Assembly: GCA_044344255.1 (NCBI GenBank)
Contig: JBIJDH010000007.1
Location: 160,001-224,000, forward strand
Direction of reading: 5' to 3'
Origin: Myxococcota bacterium
GTDB taxonomy: Bacteria; Myxococcota_A; UBA796; UBA2385
Length of the DNA stretch: 64,000 nucleotides
Shown here: positions 10,264-21,448 of the stretch, piece by piece
Position numbering within the stretch: position 1 is the stretch's first letter
Layout: each line of letters begins with the position of its first letter
The notes under the pieces: generated by a model
What the model saw: the letters and a program-made list of their open reading frames with translations, nothing else
Database searches by the model: none
What the model was told of the DNA's origin: nothing
Translations under genes and position numbers: made by a program

Positions 10264-10291
10264 GGCGGGAGGCGGGAGGCGGGAGGCGGGA
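10264..10291 (+). repeat. Intergenic heptamer tandem repeat (GGCGGGA)4, G-quadruplex-type pattern
   Basis: Four perfect copies; five GGG tracts within 10263-10290. Confidence 0.9.
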
Positions 10292-10323
10292 GGAATGGGA
10301 AAAGAGCAGATTTGTTGGCCCGG

Positions 10324-10349
10324 TGATCTTCCCCGTCGCCCGAAGCGTA
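10324..10349 (+). promoter_or_regulatory. Putative RpoE/ChrR-type (ECF11) promoter TGATCT-N16-CGTA
   Basis: tgatct tccccgtcgcccgaag cgta resembles the TGATCC-N16-CGTA pattern known for ChrR-associated sigmaE; it lies about 60 nt upstream of the gene preceding rpoE-chrR. Confidence 0.65.
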
Positions 10350-10407
10350 GGTAGGGTCTGCCCCGCTGGCCCGCCTACGGCGGGACGCACCTCACGAGGA
10401 GACCCCC

Positions 10408-11808
<1,401 letters not shown>

Positions 11809-11870
11809 GGGTCGGCTGCCGCCTGCGGGCGGTTGGTCCCGGCGGACCGCTTCGGCTACATGGGCGCTCC

Positions 11871-12425
11871 ATGGCCGAAGAAGGTCCGGACCCCCGCTCC
11901 CTGATGCGCGCGATCGCCCTGCGGCGCGATCGGGGAGCGCTGGCTGAGCTCTACACCCTCTTCGCGCCGCGGCTGCGGGGCTTTCTGTTCCGTCTCGGCT
12001 GCGATGGCGCTGAGGCGGACGATCTCATCCACGAGATCTTCCTCACGGTCTGGCAGCGGGCGGACCGCTACGACCCGGAGCGGGCCGGCGTGTCCACCTG
12101 GTTGTTCACGGTGGCGCGAAACCGGCGCATCGATCGGCTCCGCCGGGAGCGCCGCCACGAGGTCGCGGAGGCGGCTCCGCCCCCGCCCTCCGACGGGCGG
12201 CCCCACCCCGACGAGGTGATCGCCGCCGATCGGATCGGCGAGCGGCTCCGCCGGCTCATCAAAGAGTTGCCGGCGGAGCAATCCGAGGTGCTCCGTCGTG
12301 CGTACTTCGAGGAGCAGACGCTGCTCGTGATCTCGCAAGAGACGAGCGTGCCGCTCGGCACGGTGAAGTCGAGGGTTCGCCTCGCCTTCCAGCACCTCCG
12401 TCGCGCCTTGGAAGATCCCCCATGA
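11871..12425 (+). CDS. rpoE: ECF sigma factor (RpoE, ChrR-associated type)
   Basis: Region 2 VWQRADRYD..STWLFTVARNRRID; region 4 PLGTVKSRVRLA; coupled to chrR by ATGA overlap. Confidence 0.9.
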   Translation: MAEEGPDPRSLMRAIALRRDRGALAELYTLFAPRLRGFLFRLGCDGAEADDLIHEIFLTVWQRADRYDPERAGVSTWLFTVARNRRIDRLRRERRHEVAEAAPPPPSDGRPHPDEVIAADRIGERLRRLIKELPAEQSEVLRRAYFEEQTLLVISQETSVPLGTVKSRVRLAFQHLRRALEDPP

Positions 12426-13081
12426 GCCCCCGTCATCACCCCACCGAAGAGCTCCTGTTGGCCTACGCCGGCGGGGCGGCTTCGGAGGGGCTCGGGCTCT
12501 GTGTCGCCACCCACCTGTCCGGTTGCCCGCGCTGCGCCCGGGAGGTGGCCCTGGCCGAGGCCCTGGGCGGCGCTGCGCTCGAAGAAGCCGCCCCGGCCGA
12601 GCTCGCCAAGGGCGGCCTCGATCGACTGCTCGCCGCCCTCGATGCGCCCCCGCCGCCGAGCCCGCCCTCGGAGCCGCTGGCAGCGCTGGGGCCGAGCTGG
12701 CTGCCGGAGCCCCTCCGCTCGGTGGTGGGGCCGATCGACCCCCGGCGGTGGCGGTCCGTCGTGCCCGGGGTGGTGTGGAGCTTTGAGATCCCCTTGTCTG
12801 GAGCGGGCCCCTCTGCGCGCCTCACGCGGATGCGGGGGGGCTTCGACGTGCCCTCTCACACCCACCGCGGCCTCGAGCTCAACCTCGTGGTGGCCGGTGG
12901 CTTTCAGGATCGGGGGGAGTCCTACGGCCCCGGCGACCTGGCCTGCAACGACGACACGATCGTGCACCACCTCGAGGTCGATCGCGGCGAGCCTTGCGTG
13001 ATGCTCGTGGTCAACGAGGCGCCCCTCGTGCCGGTGGGCGCCTGGTCCAAGCTCGTGGGCGCCTTCACGGGCGGCTACTGA
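12422..13081 (+). CDS. chrR: ChrR-family zinc anti-sigma factor with C-terminal cupin
   Basis: N-terminal HHP..LLLAYAGG; ZAS motif HLSGCPRC; cupin PSHTHRGLE..V..GGF.D...PGD. Confidence 0.9.
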   Translation: MSPRHHPTEELLLAYAGGAASEGLGLCVATHLSGCPRCAREVALAEALGGAALEEAAPAELAKGGLDRLLAALDAPPPPSPPSEPLAALGPSWLPEPLRSVVGPIDPRRWRSVVPGVVWSFEIPLSGAGPSARLTRMRGGFDVPSHTHRGLELNLVVAGGFQDRGESYGPGDLACNDDTIVHHLEVDRGEPCVMLVVNEAPLVPVGAWSKLVGAFTGGY

Positions 13082-14177
13082 GGGGCGGCGACTGAGGGCC
13101 CTCGGCGGGGCTGATCCAGCCGGGCGGCACCCGGCCCGGGCGGAGCCAGCCCGAGCGCAGCCACTCCCCGACCGGATCGGTCACCGCGACCTTGCCGGTC
13201 CAGAGCCAGGCGGCGTCCCCGCCCGCCTCCAGCCATCGCTGCACCAACATGCGGCCCATCAAGTAGACCGCATCCTTGGCGTAGACGCCGGGGGCGCCGG
13301 GGTCGGAGAGGCCCCGCTTCACCCGGAGGCAGACGCTCCAGGCCATGCCGGCGCCGTGGCGGGCGGAGAGCTCGGTGTACAGCTCACGAAAGCCGCAGCG
13401 ACGCGCCGCGTCCACGGCCTTCACCACCTCCATCTGGCGGGCGAGGCTGCCCGGCGAGGCGACCCCGGCCCGCTCTTCGGCCACCATCGCCAGGCCCTCC
13501 TCGGTGAGCAGGGAGTCCGGCAGTCCGGTCGAGAAACAACGGAGGGGCTGGGCGTCCCCGTTCTCGCTGCGCATCGCGTGGACGTCGATCTCGTGGACGA
13601 CGAGGCGGGCGAGGTCGCGCTGACGGAAGGCGGCGCCGGGGTGGACGCGGATCACCCGCTTGGCGCCGTCCACCAGCACCCGGGCCGCCATCACGGTGTC
13701 CGGCTCGACCCGCCACCCCCGCAGGCCCCGCTCGGTGAGGGCGAGCTCCAGGCGGGCGATGAGGGTGGAGGCGGGGATGTCGAGTGGCTGATCCTCCTCT
13801 TCTCCCTCGTCGAACTGGAGGGCGAGGGTCTCCTCGTCCGGGTACCACCCGGCCTGACGGTTGAGGGCGTCGAAGGCGGCGGAGCTCCGATCGCGAAGGG
13901 CGTAGACGAGGGTGCGCGTCCCGTCGAAGATTCGGCCGATCAGCAGGCCGAGGGCGGTGTCTCGCGGCGGCTCGTAGAGGTCGAGCTGACGGAGGGCGTC
14001 GTCCGCCTCGATGAAGGGGATGTATCGAAAGGGCGGGGCCTCGGCGCCGCGCAGGAAGGCGCGGCGGGCCTCGGGTGCGTTCTCCGGGTTCAAGTGCCGA
14101 GAGAAGGTGATCCGACGCAGGATCTCGTGATGGGCCGCGTCGGCGTCGAGCAGGGGCTGGGGGATGCGCAAGAACAT
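13065..14177 (-). CDS. DUF1704-type putative metallopeptidase (HExxxH / EEGLA)
   Basis: LVVHEIDVH; TEEGLA; RVKRG..D..G.YAKD..YL.G; start taken at ATG 14177 (MFLRIPQ). Confidence 0.82.
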   Translation of the reverse strand: MFLRIPQPLLDADAAHHEILRRITFSRHLNPENAPEARRAFLRGAEAPPFRYIPFIEADDALRQLDLYEPPRDTALGLLIGRIFDGTRTLVYALRDRSSAAFDALNRQAGWYPDEETLALQFDEGEEEDQPLDIPASTLIARLELALTERGLRGWRVEPDTVMAARVLVDGAKRVIRVHPGAAFRQRDLARLVVHEIDVHAMRSENGDAQPLRCFSTGLPDSLLTEEGLAMVAEERAGVASPGSLARQMEVVKAVDAARRCGFRELYTELSARHGAGMAWSVCLRVKRGLSDPGAPGVYAKDAVYLMGRMLVQRWLEAGGDAAWLWTGKVAVTDPVGEWLRSGWLRPGRVPPGWISPAEGPQSPPLSSRP

Positions 14178-14306
14178 GGCGGCACGGTACCATCCCTCGC
14201 GTCCTGACAGGCGCGGCCCGATTGGCAGCGCTTGAACCCGTCCCCGGAGCCCCCGGTGCCCCTCTCCCCGCCCTCGCCCGCCGACGTGCCAGCCGACACC
14301 GCCCCA

Positions 14307-15236
14307 ATGGATGCGCTCCCGATCGAGGTCGACACCGCGCTCATCGCCTCGCTCTCCCCCGCCCTCGCCCGAAGCGCGCTGCCCGCCTGGATCGCCAGCT
14401 ACGTGGCCGGCGCGGGCGCGCGGGCTGGCGTCGAGGGCGCGCTTCGAGAGTCCATCGCGTCCTTCGACGACGAGGCCCTGGCGGTCGCCCTCCGGGACTT
14501 CGTGGTCACGGGCGACCACTACCGCCACTACCCCGCCTCGCCGCTCGGTCGGGCGCTGAGCCGGGCCTTCATCGGCGGCCTGCTCCCCGCCGCCGAGCTC
14601 GTGGGCGTGGAGCACCTCCGCGCGGCGGTGGCCGAAGGCCCTTGCCTGCTCTTGTCCAACCACCTCTCTTACGTCGACACCCAGGTGACCGACGCCCTGC
14701 TCGCCGGGCACGGCGAGGCGGCGCTGGCCGACCGGGTCGTCGCCGTGGCCGGTCCGAAGGTGTACGGCACGCCCTTCCGGCGCTTCGCCGCCTTCAGCTT
14801 GAGCACGCTCAAGACCGCTCAGTCGAGCTCCCTCTCGCACAACGAGGCGGGCCTCAGCCCCCGCGAGGTGGGCCGCATCGCGATCGAGACCATTCAGCGG
14901 GCCGTGCAGCTGATGGGGGCGGGCCAGCCAGTGCTCATCTACGCCGAGGGCGCGCGGAGCCGCACGGGGCGCCTCCAGCCCTTCCTCAAGGGAGTCTCCC
15001 GTTACGTCGGCCTCCCCGGCACGCGGGTGGTGCCGGTGGCCATCTCGGGCACCGAGCGGCTGTTCCCCATCGACGCCACCCAGATGCGCCCTGCGGCCGT
15101 GCGCCTCTGCTTCGGGGAGGCGGTGGTGGTCGAACCCGCGGGCCGTCAGGCCGGGGTCGAGGCATGCTGGGCCCGCCTCGCCGCGCTGCTGCCCGCAGAG
15201 CACCGCCCGGACGCAGAGACCCCCGCGCTGGCCTGA
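14307..15236 (+). CDS. Glycerolipid acyltransferase (PlsC/GPAT superfamily)
   Basis: NHLSYVD (HX4D); IYAEGARSR; VVPVAI; start codon uncertain (14232 or 14307). Confidence 0.85.
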   Translation: MDALPIEVDTALIASLSPALARSALPAWIASYVAGAGARAGVEGALRESIASFDDEALAVALRDFVVTGDHYRHYPASPLGRALSRAFIGGLLPAAELVGVEHLRAAVAEGPCLLLSNHLSYVDTQVTDALLAGHGEAALADRVVAVAGPKVYGTPFRRFAAFSLSTLKTAQSSSLSHNEAGLSPREVGRIAIETIQRAVQLMGAGQPVLIYAEGARSRTGRLQPFLKGVSRYVGLPGTRVVPVAISGTERLFPIDATQMRPAAVRLCFGEAVVVEPAGRQAGVEACWARLAALLPAEHRPDAETPALA

Positions 15237-15267
15237 GCCAAGGCGCGGGGGCGGGGGCGGCGAGCGC

Positions 15268-16518
15268 CTACTCGCCGAAGGAGCGGGTGAAGAGGTCGAT
15301 GATCGCCTGCTTGCCGGCGTCGTTCAGGAAGCGGGTGCCGGTGCCGGCGAAGTCGGCGGACTCGACGACGGGCTCTCCCTTCATCCAGGCCTCGTTCCGC
15401 CAGACGAACCAGCTCGCCTTCTCCTGGTCAAAGACCCACACCCGCTTGTTCCAGCGCCGGGCGAGCTCCACCGACCAGCCGGTGCCGCCGTGCACGGTGC
15501 CATCCGCCTGGATGGTGCCGATCACGAAGACCTGCGCGGCGTTGCTCACCACGTGCCACTGGGTCTGGAGGACCTTGCGGAGCATCTCCGTCTTGTCCCA
15601 GTGGCGGTGCAGGCGGTGGGCCACGTAGACGAGGCTCACGTCGCCGGCCGAGAGCTCACGGGGGTCGAGCACGCGCACCCCGACCTCACGCGCTTGAGTG
15701 TGGCCCTCAAAGGTGAAATTCACCTCCTTGATGCCGAACTTCTGCGCGAGCTCACCGAAGGTCGCCTCCGCGCCCTGGGCTCCGCCCGAGAAGAGCGTGC
15801 AGCCCGAGGGATGCGGGGAGGGCGGCTTGGTGATGGAGTCCTGCGCGTCCTCGGGCCGGAGCAGCATGCTCACAGGGTCGAGGTGCAGCTCCTCGGCGGT
15901 CACCGCAGCCCGCCCACCGGCCCGGAGGAGGCGGAGCGCGATGTCCGTCCCCTTGGGCTCGAGGTAGACCGCGGTGTCGAAGCGCTGCGCGAGCGCCTCC
16001 ACCTGGTCGTGGTGCTCCCGATGGATACGCAGCCCCACCCAGATGCGGATCGAGCGCTCCGCCGCCAACGCGCCCCAGGCCGCGCCGTCGTAGGTGGCGA
16101 CGTCCTGGCCGTCGAGGACGACGACGGTGGGCCGGAAGCCCATGACGTCGGCGAGGGTGCCGAGCAGGGCGCCGAGCTCCGCCGGCCCGAAGGCGCGGCC
16201 GAGGCAGGCGTGGATCACCCGGTGCCGTTCGATCGAGAGCTGGGCGGCGGCGCGCTCCAGCACCGGAGCCTCACGACCGATCTCCGTGAAGATCTCGTCG
16301 TAGAGGGAGCGGACCCGGGCCTGACCATCCGTGAGCGAGATGTGCAGGACGGGGACGCCGCGGAGGAGGTTGTGCAGGGCGACGTGGACGAGGAAGGCGG
16401 TCTTGCCTACCCCGGCCCGAGCCAGCACTCCGCCGGTCTGTCCGGCCTCCAGGCCCCCTCGAATCGAGGCGGCCACGGCCCGCATGGGGCTTCGTCCGAT
16501 CAGCTCTTCGCCGTACAT
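15268..16518 (-). CDS. RecA/KaiC-like P-loop ATPase fused to a C-terminal SLOG/DprA-like nucleotide-binding domain
   Basis: Walker A ARAGVGKT; Walker B VVVLDG; C-terminal SGGAQGAE...GGTGWSVELA...FAGTGTR; AAGGAG RBS in the 15-nt gap after fusA. Confidence 0.7.
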   Translation of the reverse strand: MYGEELIGRSPMRAVAASIRGGLEAGQTGGVLARAGVGKTAFLVHVALHNLLRGVPVLHISLTDGQARVRSLYDEIFTEIGREAPVLERAAAQLSIERHRVIHACLGRAFGPAELGALLGTLADVMGFRPTVVVLDGQDVATYDGAAWGALAAERSIRIWVGLRIHREHHDQVEALAQRFDTAVYLEPKGTDIALRLLRAGGRAAVTAEELHLDPVSMLLRPEDAQDSITKPPSPHPSGCTLFSGGAQGAEATFGELAQKFGIKEVNFTFEGHTQAREVGVRVLDPRELSAGDVSLVYVAHRLHRHWDKTEMLRKVLQTQWHVVSNAAQVFVIGTIQADGTVHGGTGWSVELARRWNKRVWVFDQEKASWFVWRNEAWMKGEPVVESADFAGTGTRFLNDAGKQAIIDLFTRSFGE

Positions 16519-16533
16519 GGCTGCTCCTTTGGT

Positions 16534-18624
16534 TCAGGCGTTCTTCTTGGCGTCCTGGTACTTCTTGATCAGCTCTTCGGAGACGTTGCCCGGCACCGGC
16601 GCATAGCGAGAGAACTCCATCGAGAACTCGGCCTTGCCCTGGGTGGAGGAGCGGATGGTGGTGGAGTATCCGAACATCTCGGCCAGGGGCACCTCGGCGT
16701 CGATCTGGGCGAAGCCGTCCTGCTCGGTCACCCCGAGCACCACGCCGCGGCGCTGCATCAGCGTGCCGACGATGGGGCCGTGGAACTCGGCGGGGCCCTC
16801 GCAGCTCACCTTCATGATGGGCTCGAGGATGATGGGCTTGGCCTTCTCGTAGACCGAGCGCCAGGCGCCGCGAGCGGCTTCCTGGAACGCGATGTCGGAG
16901 GAGTCGACCTGGTGGTAGGAGCCGAAGTTCAGGATCACCTTCACGCCGGTGACGGGGGCCTCGATGAGGCGGCCCTTGGCCTGCATGGAGACGAAGCCCT
17001 TGTTGACGGCCGGGATGAACTCGCGGGGGATGACGCCGCCCACCACTTCATCGACGAACTCGAAGGAGGGGCCGCCCTCCTGGGCCGGCTCGATGTAGCC
17101 TGCGACGCGGCCGTACTGACCGGAGCCGCCGGTCTGCTTCTTGTGGGTGTAGTCGTACTCGGCGCGGCGAGTGATGGTCTCGCGGTAGGCCACCCGGGGA
17201 GGGGAGGTCACGACGATGGCCTTGTACTCCCGCTTCATGCGCTCGACATAGACGTCGAGGTGGAGCTCGCCCATACCGGCGATGATGGTCTCACCGGTCT
17301 CGGGGTCAGCGCTGACGCGGAAGGTGGGGTCTTCCTTGCTGAAGCGCTGGAGCGCCTTCGACATGTTGATCTGGCTCGGGCCATCCTTGGGGGTGATGGT
17401 GAGGCTGATCACGGCGTCGGGGACGTGGATCGAGGTCATCGCGAGGTCGACGGTGCCGTCGGTGAAGGTGTCACCGCTGAAGCAGTCCACGCCGAAGAGG
17501 GCCACGATGTCACCCGCGCAGGCGTCCTCGATGTCCTCCATCTCGTTGGCGTGCATGCGGACGAGACGGCCGACCTTGACCTTCTTGCCGTTGCGGAGGT
17601 TGTGGATGAAGTCGCTCTTCCGGAGCACGCCCTGGTAGATGCGGACGTAGGTGAGCTGCCCGTAGCGGCCGTCCTCGAGCTTGAAGGCCAGCGAGATCAA
17701 CGGGCCATCGGTCTGGCAGGGCACCACCACCCGCTCGCTCGTCGAAGAGCCCATGTCGATGGCCTCGTTGACGACGTCGGTGGGGTTCGGGAGCCAGGCC
17801 ACGACGGAGTCGAGGAGCTTCTGCACGCCCTTGTTCTTGTAGGCGCTGCCGCAGAGCACCGGGGTGATCTGCATGCCGATGGTGGCCTTGCGGATGGCGG
17901 CGTTGAAGATGTCCTCGGTGACCTCCTCCATCAACATGGCCTCGGTGAGCTCGTCGGAGAACATGCTCACGCTGTCGAGGAGGGTCTCGCGGTAGGCGTT
18001 GGCCTCATCGAGCATGTCGGCGGGGATCTCATCCTCGCGCACGTTCTCGCCGTTGTCGCCCTCGTAGTAGTAGGCCTTCATGGCCACGAGATCGACGATG
18101 CCCTTGAACTTCTCCTCAAGGCCGATCGGGAGCTGGACCATCACGGCGTTGTGGTGCAGCTTCTCGCGGAGCTGGTTCTTCACGCGGATGGGGTTGGCGC
18201 CCTGACGGTCACACTTGTTGACGAAGGCGACGCGGGGCACGTTGTAGCGCCGCATCTGCCGGTCCACCGTGATGGACTGGCTCTGCACACCCGCCACCGA
18301 GCAGAGGACCAGGACGGCGCCGTCGAGGACGCGGAGCGCGCGCTCCACCTCGATGGTGAAGTCGACGTGCCCTGGGGTGTCGATGATGTTGATGTGGTGA
18401 TCGCCCCAGCCGCAGTGCGTCGCGGCGGACTGGATGGTGATGCCGCGCTCACGCTCCAGCTCCATGAAGTCCATCTTGGCGCCGACCGAGTCCTTGCCCT
18501 TCACTTCGTGAATGGCGTGGATCTTGTCGGTGTAGAACAGAATTCGCTCGGTCAAGGTGGTCTTGCCCGAATCGATGTGGGCGCTGATCCCGATGTTGCG
18601 CACGCGGGCGAGGTCGGTGATCAC
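16534..18624 (-). CDS. fusA: Elongation factor G (stand-alone, spirochete/delta/mitochondrial EF-G1-like)
   Basis: [56 protein letters not shown] start at 18624 with CAGGAG RBS; 696 aa. Confidence 0.97.
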   Translation of the reverse strand: MITDLARVRNIGISAHIDSGKTTLTERILFYTDKIHAIHEVKGKDSVGAKMDFMELERERGITIQSAATHCGWGDHHINIIDTPGHVDFTIEVERALRVLDGAVLVLCSVAGVQSQSITVDRQMRRYNVPRVAFVNKCDRQGANPIRVKNQLREKLHHNAVMVQLPIGLEEKFKGIVDLVAMKAYYYEGDNGENVREDEIPADMLDEANAYRETLLDSVSMFSDELTEAMLMEEVTEDIFNAAIRKATIGMQITPVLCGSAYKNKGVQKLLDSVVAWLPNPTDVVNEAIDMGSSTSERVVVPCQTDGPLISLAFKLEDGRYGQLTYVRIYQGVLRKSDFIHNLRNGKKVKVGRLVRMHANEMEDIEDACAGDIVALFGVDCFSGDTFTDGTVDLAMTSIHVPDAVISLTITPKDGPSQINMSKALQRFSKEDPTFRVSADPETGETIIAGMGELHLDVYVERMKREYKAIVVTSPPRVAYRETITRRAEYDYTHKKQTGGSGQYGRVAGYIEPAQEGGPSFEFVDEVVGGVIPREFIPAVNKGFVSMQAKGRLIEAPVTGVKVILNFGSYHQVDSSDIAFQEAARGAWRSVYEKAKPIILEPIMKVSCEGPAEFHGPIVGTLMQRRGVVLGVTEQDGFAQIDAEVPLAEMFGYSTTIRSSTQGKAEFSMEFSRYAPVPGNVSEELIKKYQDAKKNA

Positions 18625-18927
18625 GGGGAGCTCCTGATGATGAATTAGTTTCCCGGCGGGGGCCGCGCGATTATCCATGCTCACCCTCGCGGGCAAGGGC
18701 CGGGTAGGGCTTGCTGGCCCATCGATGGGGCGCGGGTCAGGCGTCTGGGGTAAGCCAGGCGCGGGTGGCTCCGGGGATCGGGTAGGGGACCGCTGCGCTT
18801 TTGAGGGAGGGGCTGCTCGGGCCTCTCGCTCTCCCACCCCCCGTGACGTTGCCGTGACAGCCGTTTCAGGTCAGGTTTCGGGGGGTGGAGTGTCTTTGTT
18901 TGAGCGTCGGCGCGAAGGGAGCTCCGG

Positions 18928-20760
18928 ATGAGCTGGTTGAACCGAGTCGTCGGCGGGAGCGCGGTCCTCGCCCTGTCCACCTTCGCCCTCCCGGCGCGGG
19001 CCGATCGCGCCGAGACCGTGCAGCGCCTCGTCGCCGAGTCGCGGTCCGAGGACGCCCGGGAGAAGTGCGAGAAGTGGGGCGCCGCCTCGATCACCGACGA
19101 CCCTGCGCTCCGCGAGGCCTGCGCCCAGGCCTTCGCGCTGCAAGCGGAGGCCGCGGCGCGCATCGAAGACTGGGCCAGCTTCCGCGAGCGATGGTCCGGG
19201 ACCCGCGCTGCCCGTGAGGCCCTGCCCCGGGAGGCGGCGGTGGCCCTGGTGGAGATCCCCGACGACGCGCCGGAGGACGAGCTCATCGAGGCGGCAGACC
19301 GCTACAAGGGCACCCCCGCCGAGCCCACCCTCCGCAGCCGCGCCGCCGACTCCGCGGTGCGCGACGCCGCCACCCCCAAGGCCGCGGCGAGCGTCGCCCA
19401 GCGTTACCCCGCCCACCCTGGCCTCCCCGCCCTCGTCGAGCGCTTCCCGGAGGGCTTCGTCAAGGTCGTGGTGGTCGGCCGCTCGGTGCAGATCGCCGTC
19501 GAGCCGCCGATCGAGCTGCTCGGCCCCCGCCGGCCCCAGAGCCGCTTCGTGCTCCGCGACGCGGAGGGCCAGCTCCGGCCCTGGGACGAGGCCGCGCGCG
19601 CGCTGCTGCTGGCGAGCGGGGTCACGCAGGCGGCGATCGACGCCGTGCCCGTGCCCAAGGAGGGGCTGCGCTACCCGGTCTGTTGGGCCCCCTCCCTCGG
19701 CCAGGAGCAGGTGGCCGGCGTCGCGGTGAGCGTGGGCTCGGGCTCCCTCTTCCGACCGATCGCGTGGGACCCTGGCTGCGGGCCGGACGCCTGGCCGGCC
19801 CCGATCGTGCTCCAGCAGGGGCGGCTCGTCGGGCTCTCGATGGGCCCGGGCGAGCGCCTCGACGCGCGCGGCAGCGCCCTGCCCGGCGGGCGGCAGAGCA
19901 TCCGCGCCTTCGTCGGTGAGCCCGAGCCCGTGCCCTTCCTCGAGGGGGAGGCCCTGCTCCGGCGCTTCGGGGGCCTCTGGATGGGAGACCCGCTGCACGG
20001 CGGCGCCCCCTGGGTGACCGGGCGCGACCCGGGCCCCGCCGCCCAGCCGCTGAGCGCCGAGCTCTTCCGCGGGCCGCTGCCGGCGGGCTGGGTGAGCCGG
20101 CCGGAGGGGGACGACCAGCGCATCAGCGGGGCCGCCCTCGACAAGGCCGGCGTCTCGGCGCCCTGGACCCTCCCCGCTGGCGAGCTCCGCGTCGCGAGCC
20201 CGATCGCGGCGGCGGCGCTCGGCCTGCGCCCCCGCGCTTCGGAGGCGGTGGTGGCCCCCCTCGGCGCCGACGCCGGCTGGCTGCGCGCCCCCGACGGCTC
20301 CGTCGAGCGGCAGCCCCCCACGGGCGGCTCGCCGGCGGGCCTCTATCTGCTGCCGCCGGCCGATCTCGAGCGCTCGCTCGCGGTGGCCGCGATGGCGGGC
20401 CTGGACGCCGCCCAGCTCGTCGGCCTCGACGGTTGGGGGGTCGATCTCGACCTCGATCGCGTCCAGGAGACGGTGCTCCGCGTCACCTACCAGGGCGGTG
20501 GCCTCCTGATCGTGCTCGACCCCTTCGCCGCGGGCCCGGTCTCGTCGATCGCCGACGCGCGGGTCTTCGCGATCAGCGCGCCGCGGGCGGTGATCGACCA
20601 GCACGCGGTCGGCACCCCCTTCACCTTCCGGCGGGGGAGCACCGTCTACTTCGCCTGGACGGGGCTCGAGGCCGCCGGGAGCGCCGCCCCCCGCGCCTTC
20701 GTCGAGCTGCTGCGGGCGGAGGGGCCGAGCTACCGGGCCGAGGCGGTCGACCTGCCCTGA
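18928..20760 (+). CDS. Hypothetical exported protein
   Basis: 610-aa ORF with high GC3, signal peptide ending PARA, GGAG RBS. Confidence 0.7.
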   Translation: MSWLNRVVGGSAVLALSTFALPARADRAETVQRLVAESRSEDAREKCEKWGAASITDDPALREACAQAFALQAEAAARIEDWASFRERWSGTRAAREALPREAAVALVEIPDDAPEDELIEAADRYKGTPAEPTLRSRAADSAVRDAATPKAAASVAQRYPAHPGLPALVERFPEGFVKVVVVGRSVQIAVEPPIELLGPRRPQSRFVLRDAEGQLRPWDEAARALLLASGVTQAAIDAVPVPKEGLRYPVCWAPSLGQEQVAGVAVSVGSGSLFRPIAWDPGCGPDAWPAPIVLQQGRLVGLSMGPGERLDARGSALPGGRQSIRAFVGEPEPVPFLEGEALLRRFGGLWMGDPLHGGAPWVTGRDPGPAAQPLSAELFRGPLPAGWVSRPEGDDQRISGAALDKAGVSAPWTLPAGELRVASPIAAAALGLRPRASEAVVAPLGADAGWLRAPDGSVERQPPTGGSPAGLYLLPPADLERSLAVAAMAGLDAAQLVGLDGWGVDLDLDRVQETVLRVTYQGGGLLIVLDPFAAGPVSSIADARVFAISAPRAVIDQHAVGTPFTFRRGSTVYFAWTGLEAAGSAAPRAFVELLRAEGPSYRAEAVDLP

Positions 20761-20793
20761 GCCGGTCTCTCGGGCGAGGCCGGGGCGGCTCGG

Positions 20794-21267
20794 CTATTTG
20801 CCGTACTTGGCCGCGGAGAAGATGATGACGATGCCGCGCTCCGCCTCTTGGATGAGGGCGGTGGGCGGGGCGGGCAAGGGCGTGGCGGCGTTCAGGGCCT
20901 CGATCGCCGACTCGTCGAAGGACTTGTTGTCCGACATCTTGGCGGGGCTCAGGCTGAGGATGCTGCCGTCCTCCCCGAGCTTGACCAGGATCTGAGCCTC
21001 CATCGTGGGGTTCTTCTTGATCACCTTCGCCTTGGGCGCCCACTTGGCGAGCACCGCGGCGCGGCAGTCCTTGATGTAGCTGGCGAGATCGACCTCCGCC
21101 TCGACGGGGGCGGCCTCCTCGACCGGCGCGGCCTTGGACTCGATGGTGGGCATGTTGTCGAGGAGGGAGTCGAGGCCGCCGCTGGCCGGCTCCTCGGCAG
21201 CCGCGCTGCCGAGGTTGAGCAGCGTGAGGGAGGAGAAGAGGGCGAGGGTGCTGATCCTGCGGGTCAC
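20794..21267 (-). CDS. TonB/TolA C-terminal domain protein
   Basis: Signal peptide; Y...VLAKW...VKL.EDG.I....SDNKSFDESAIEAL..A.PLPAPP; GGAGG RBS. Confidence 0.8.
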   Translation of the reverse strand: MTRRISTLALFSSLTLLNLGSAAAEEPASGGLDSLLDNMPTIESKAAPVEEAAPVEAEVDLASYIKDCRAAVLAKWAPKAKVIKKNPTMEAQILVKLGEDGSILSLSPAKMSDNKSFDESAIEALNAATPLPAPPTALIQEAERGIVIIFSAAKYGK

Positions 21268-21448
21268 GGCGTACCTCCAGGCGGTTGGCCGATTGAAACC
21301 GAAACGCTCCCCAGCCTATTCCGTCGGGGCGCCGCGCGGGTGGGGCGCTGCCTGGACGGCGGGCGGGCCGGCGGGACCCGGAGGCCCGGGCCTGGGGGCG
21401 TGGTACCTTCCGGGGCCCGCTGGACGCAGGCTCACCGTGGAGCTCCGC

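Noticed and set aside
11834..11860. Possible second ECF promoter (TGGTCC-N16-CTAC) directly before rpoE
   Set aside because: Both elements deviate from TGATCC/CGTA; the site at 10324 is a much better match
14178..15203. N-terminal extension of the 712-aa ORF 13065..15203
   Set aside because: It is the antisense of the acyltransferase gene; recognisable DUF1704 sequence starts at ATG 14177
15490..18648. 1052-aa plus-strand ORF
   Set aside because: Antisense shadow of fusA and the ATPase gene; expected in high-GC3 DNA; no recognisable motifs
18670..18696. Sigma70-like promoter for fusA (TTGCCC-N15-GATAAT)
   Set aside because: The 15-nt spacer is short and the -10 lacks the first T; too weak to list
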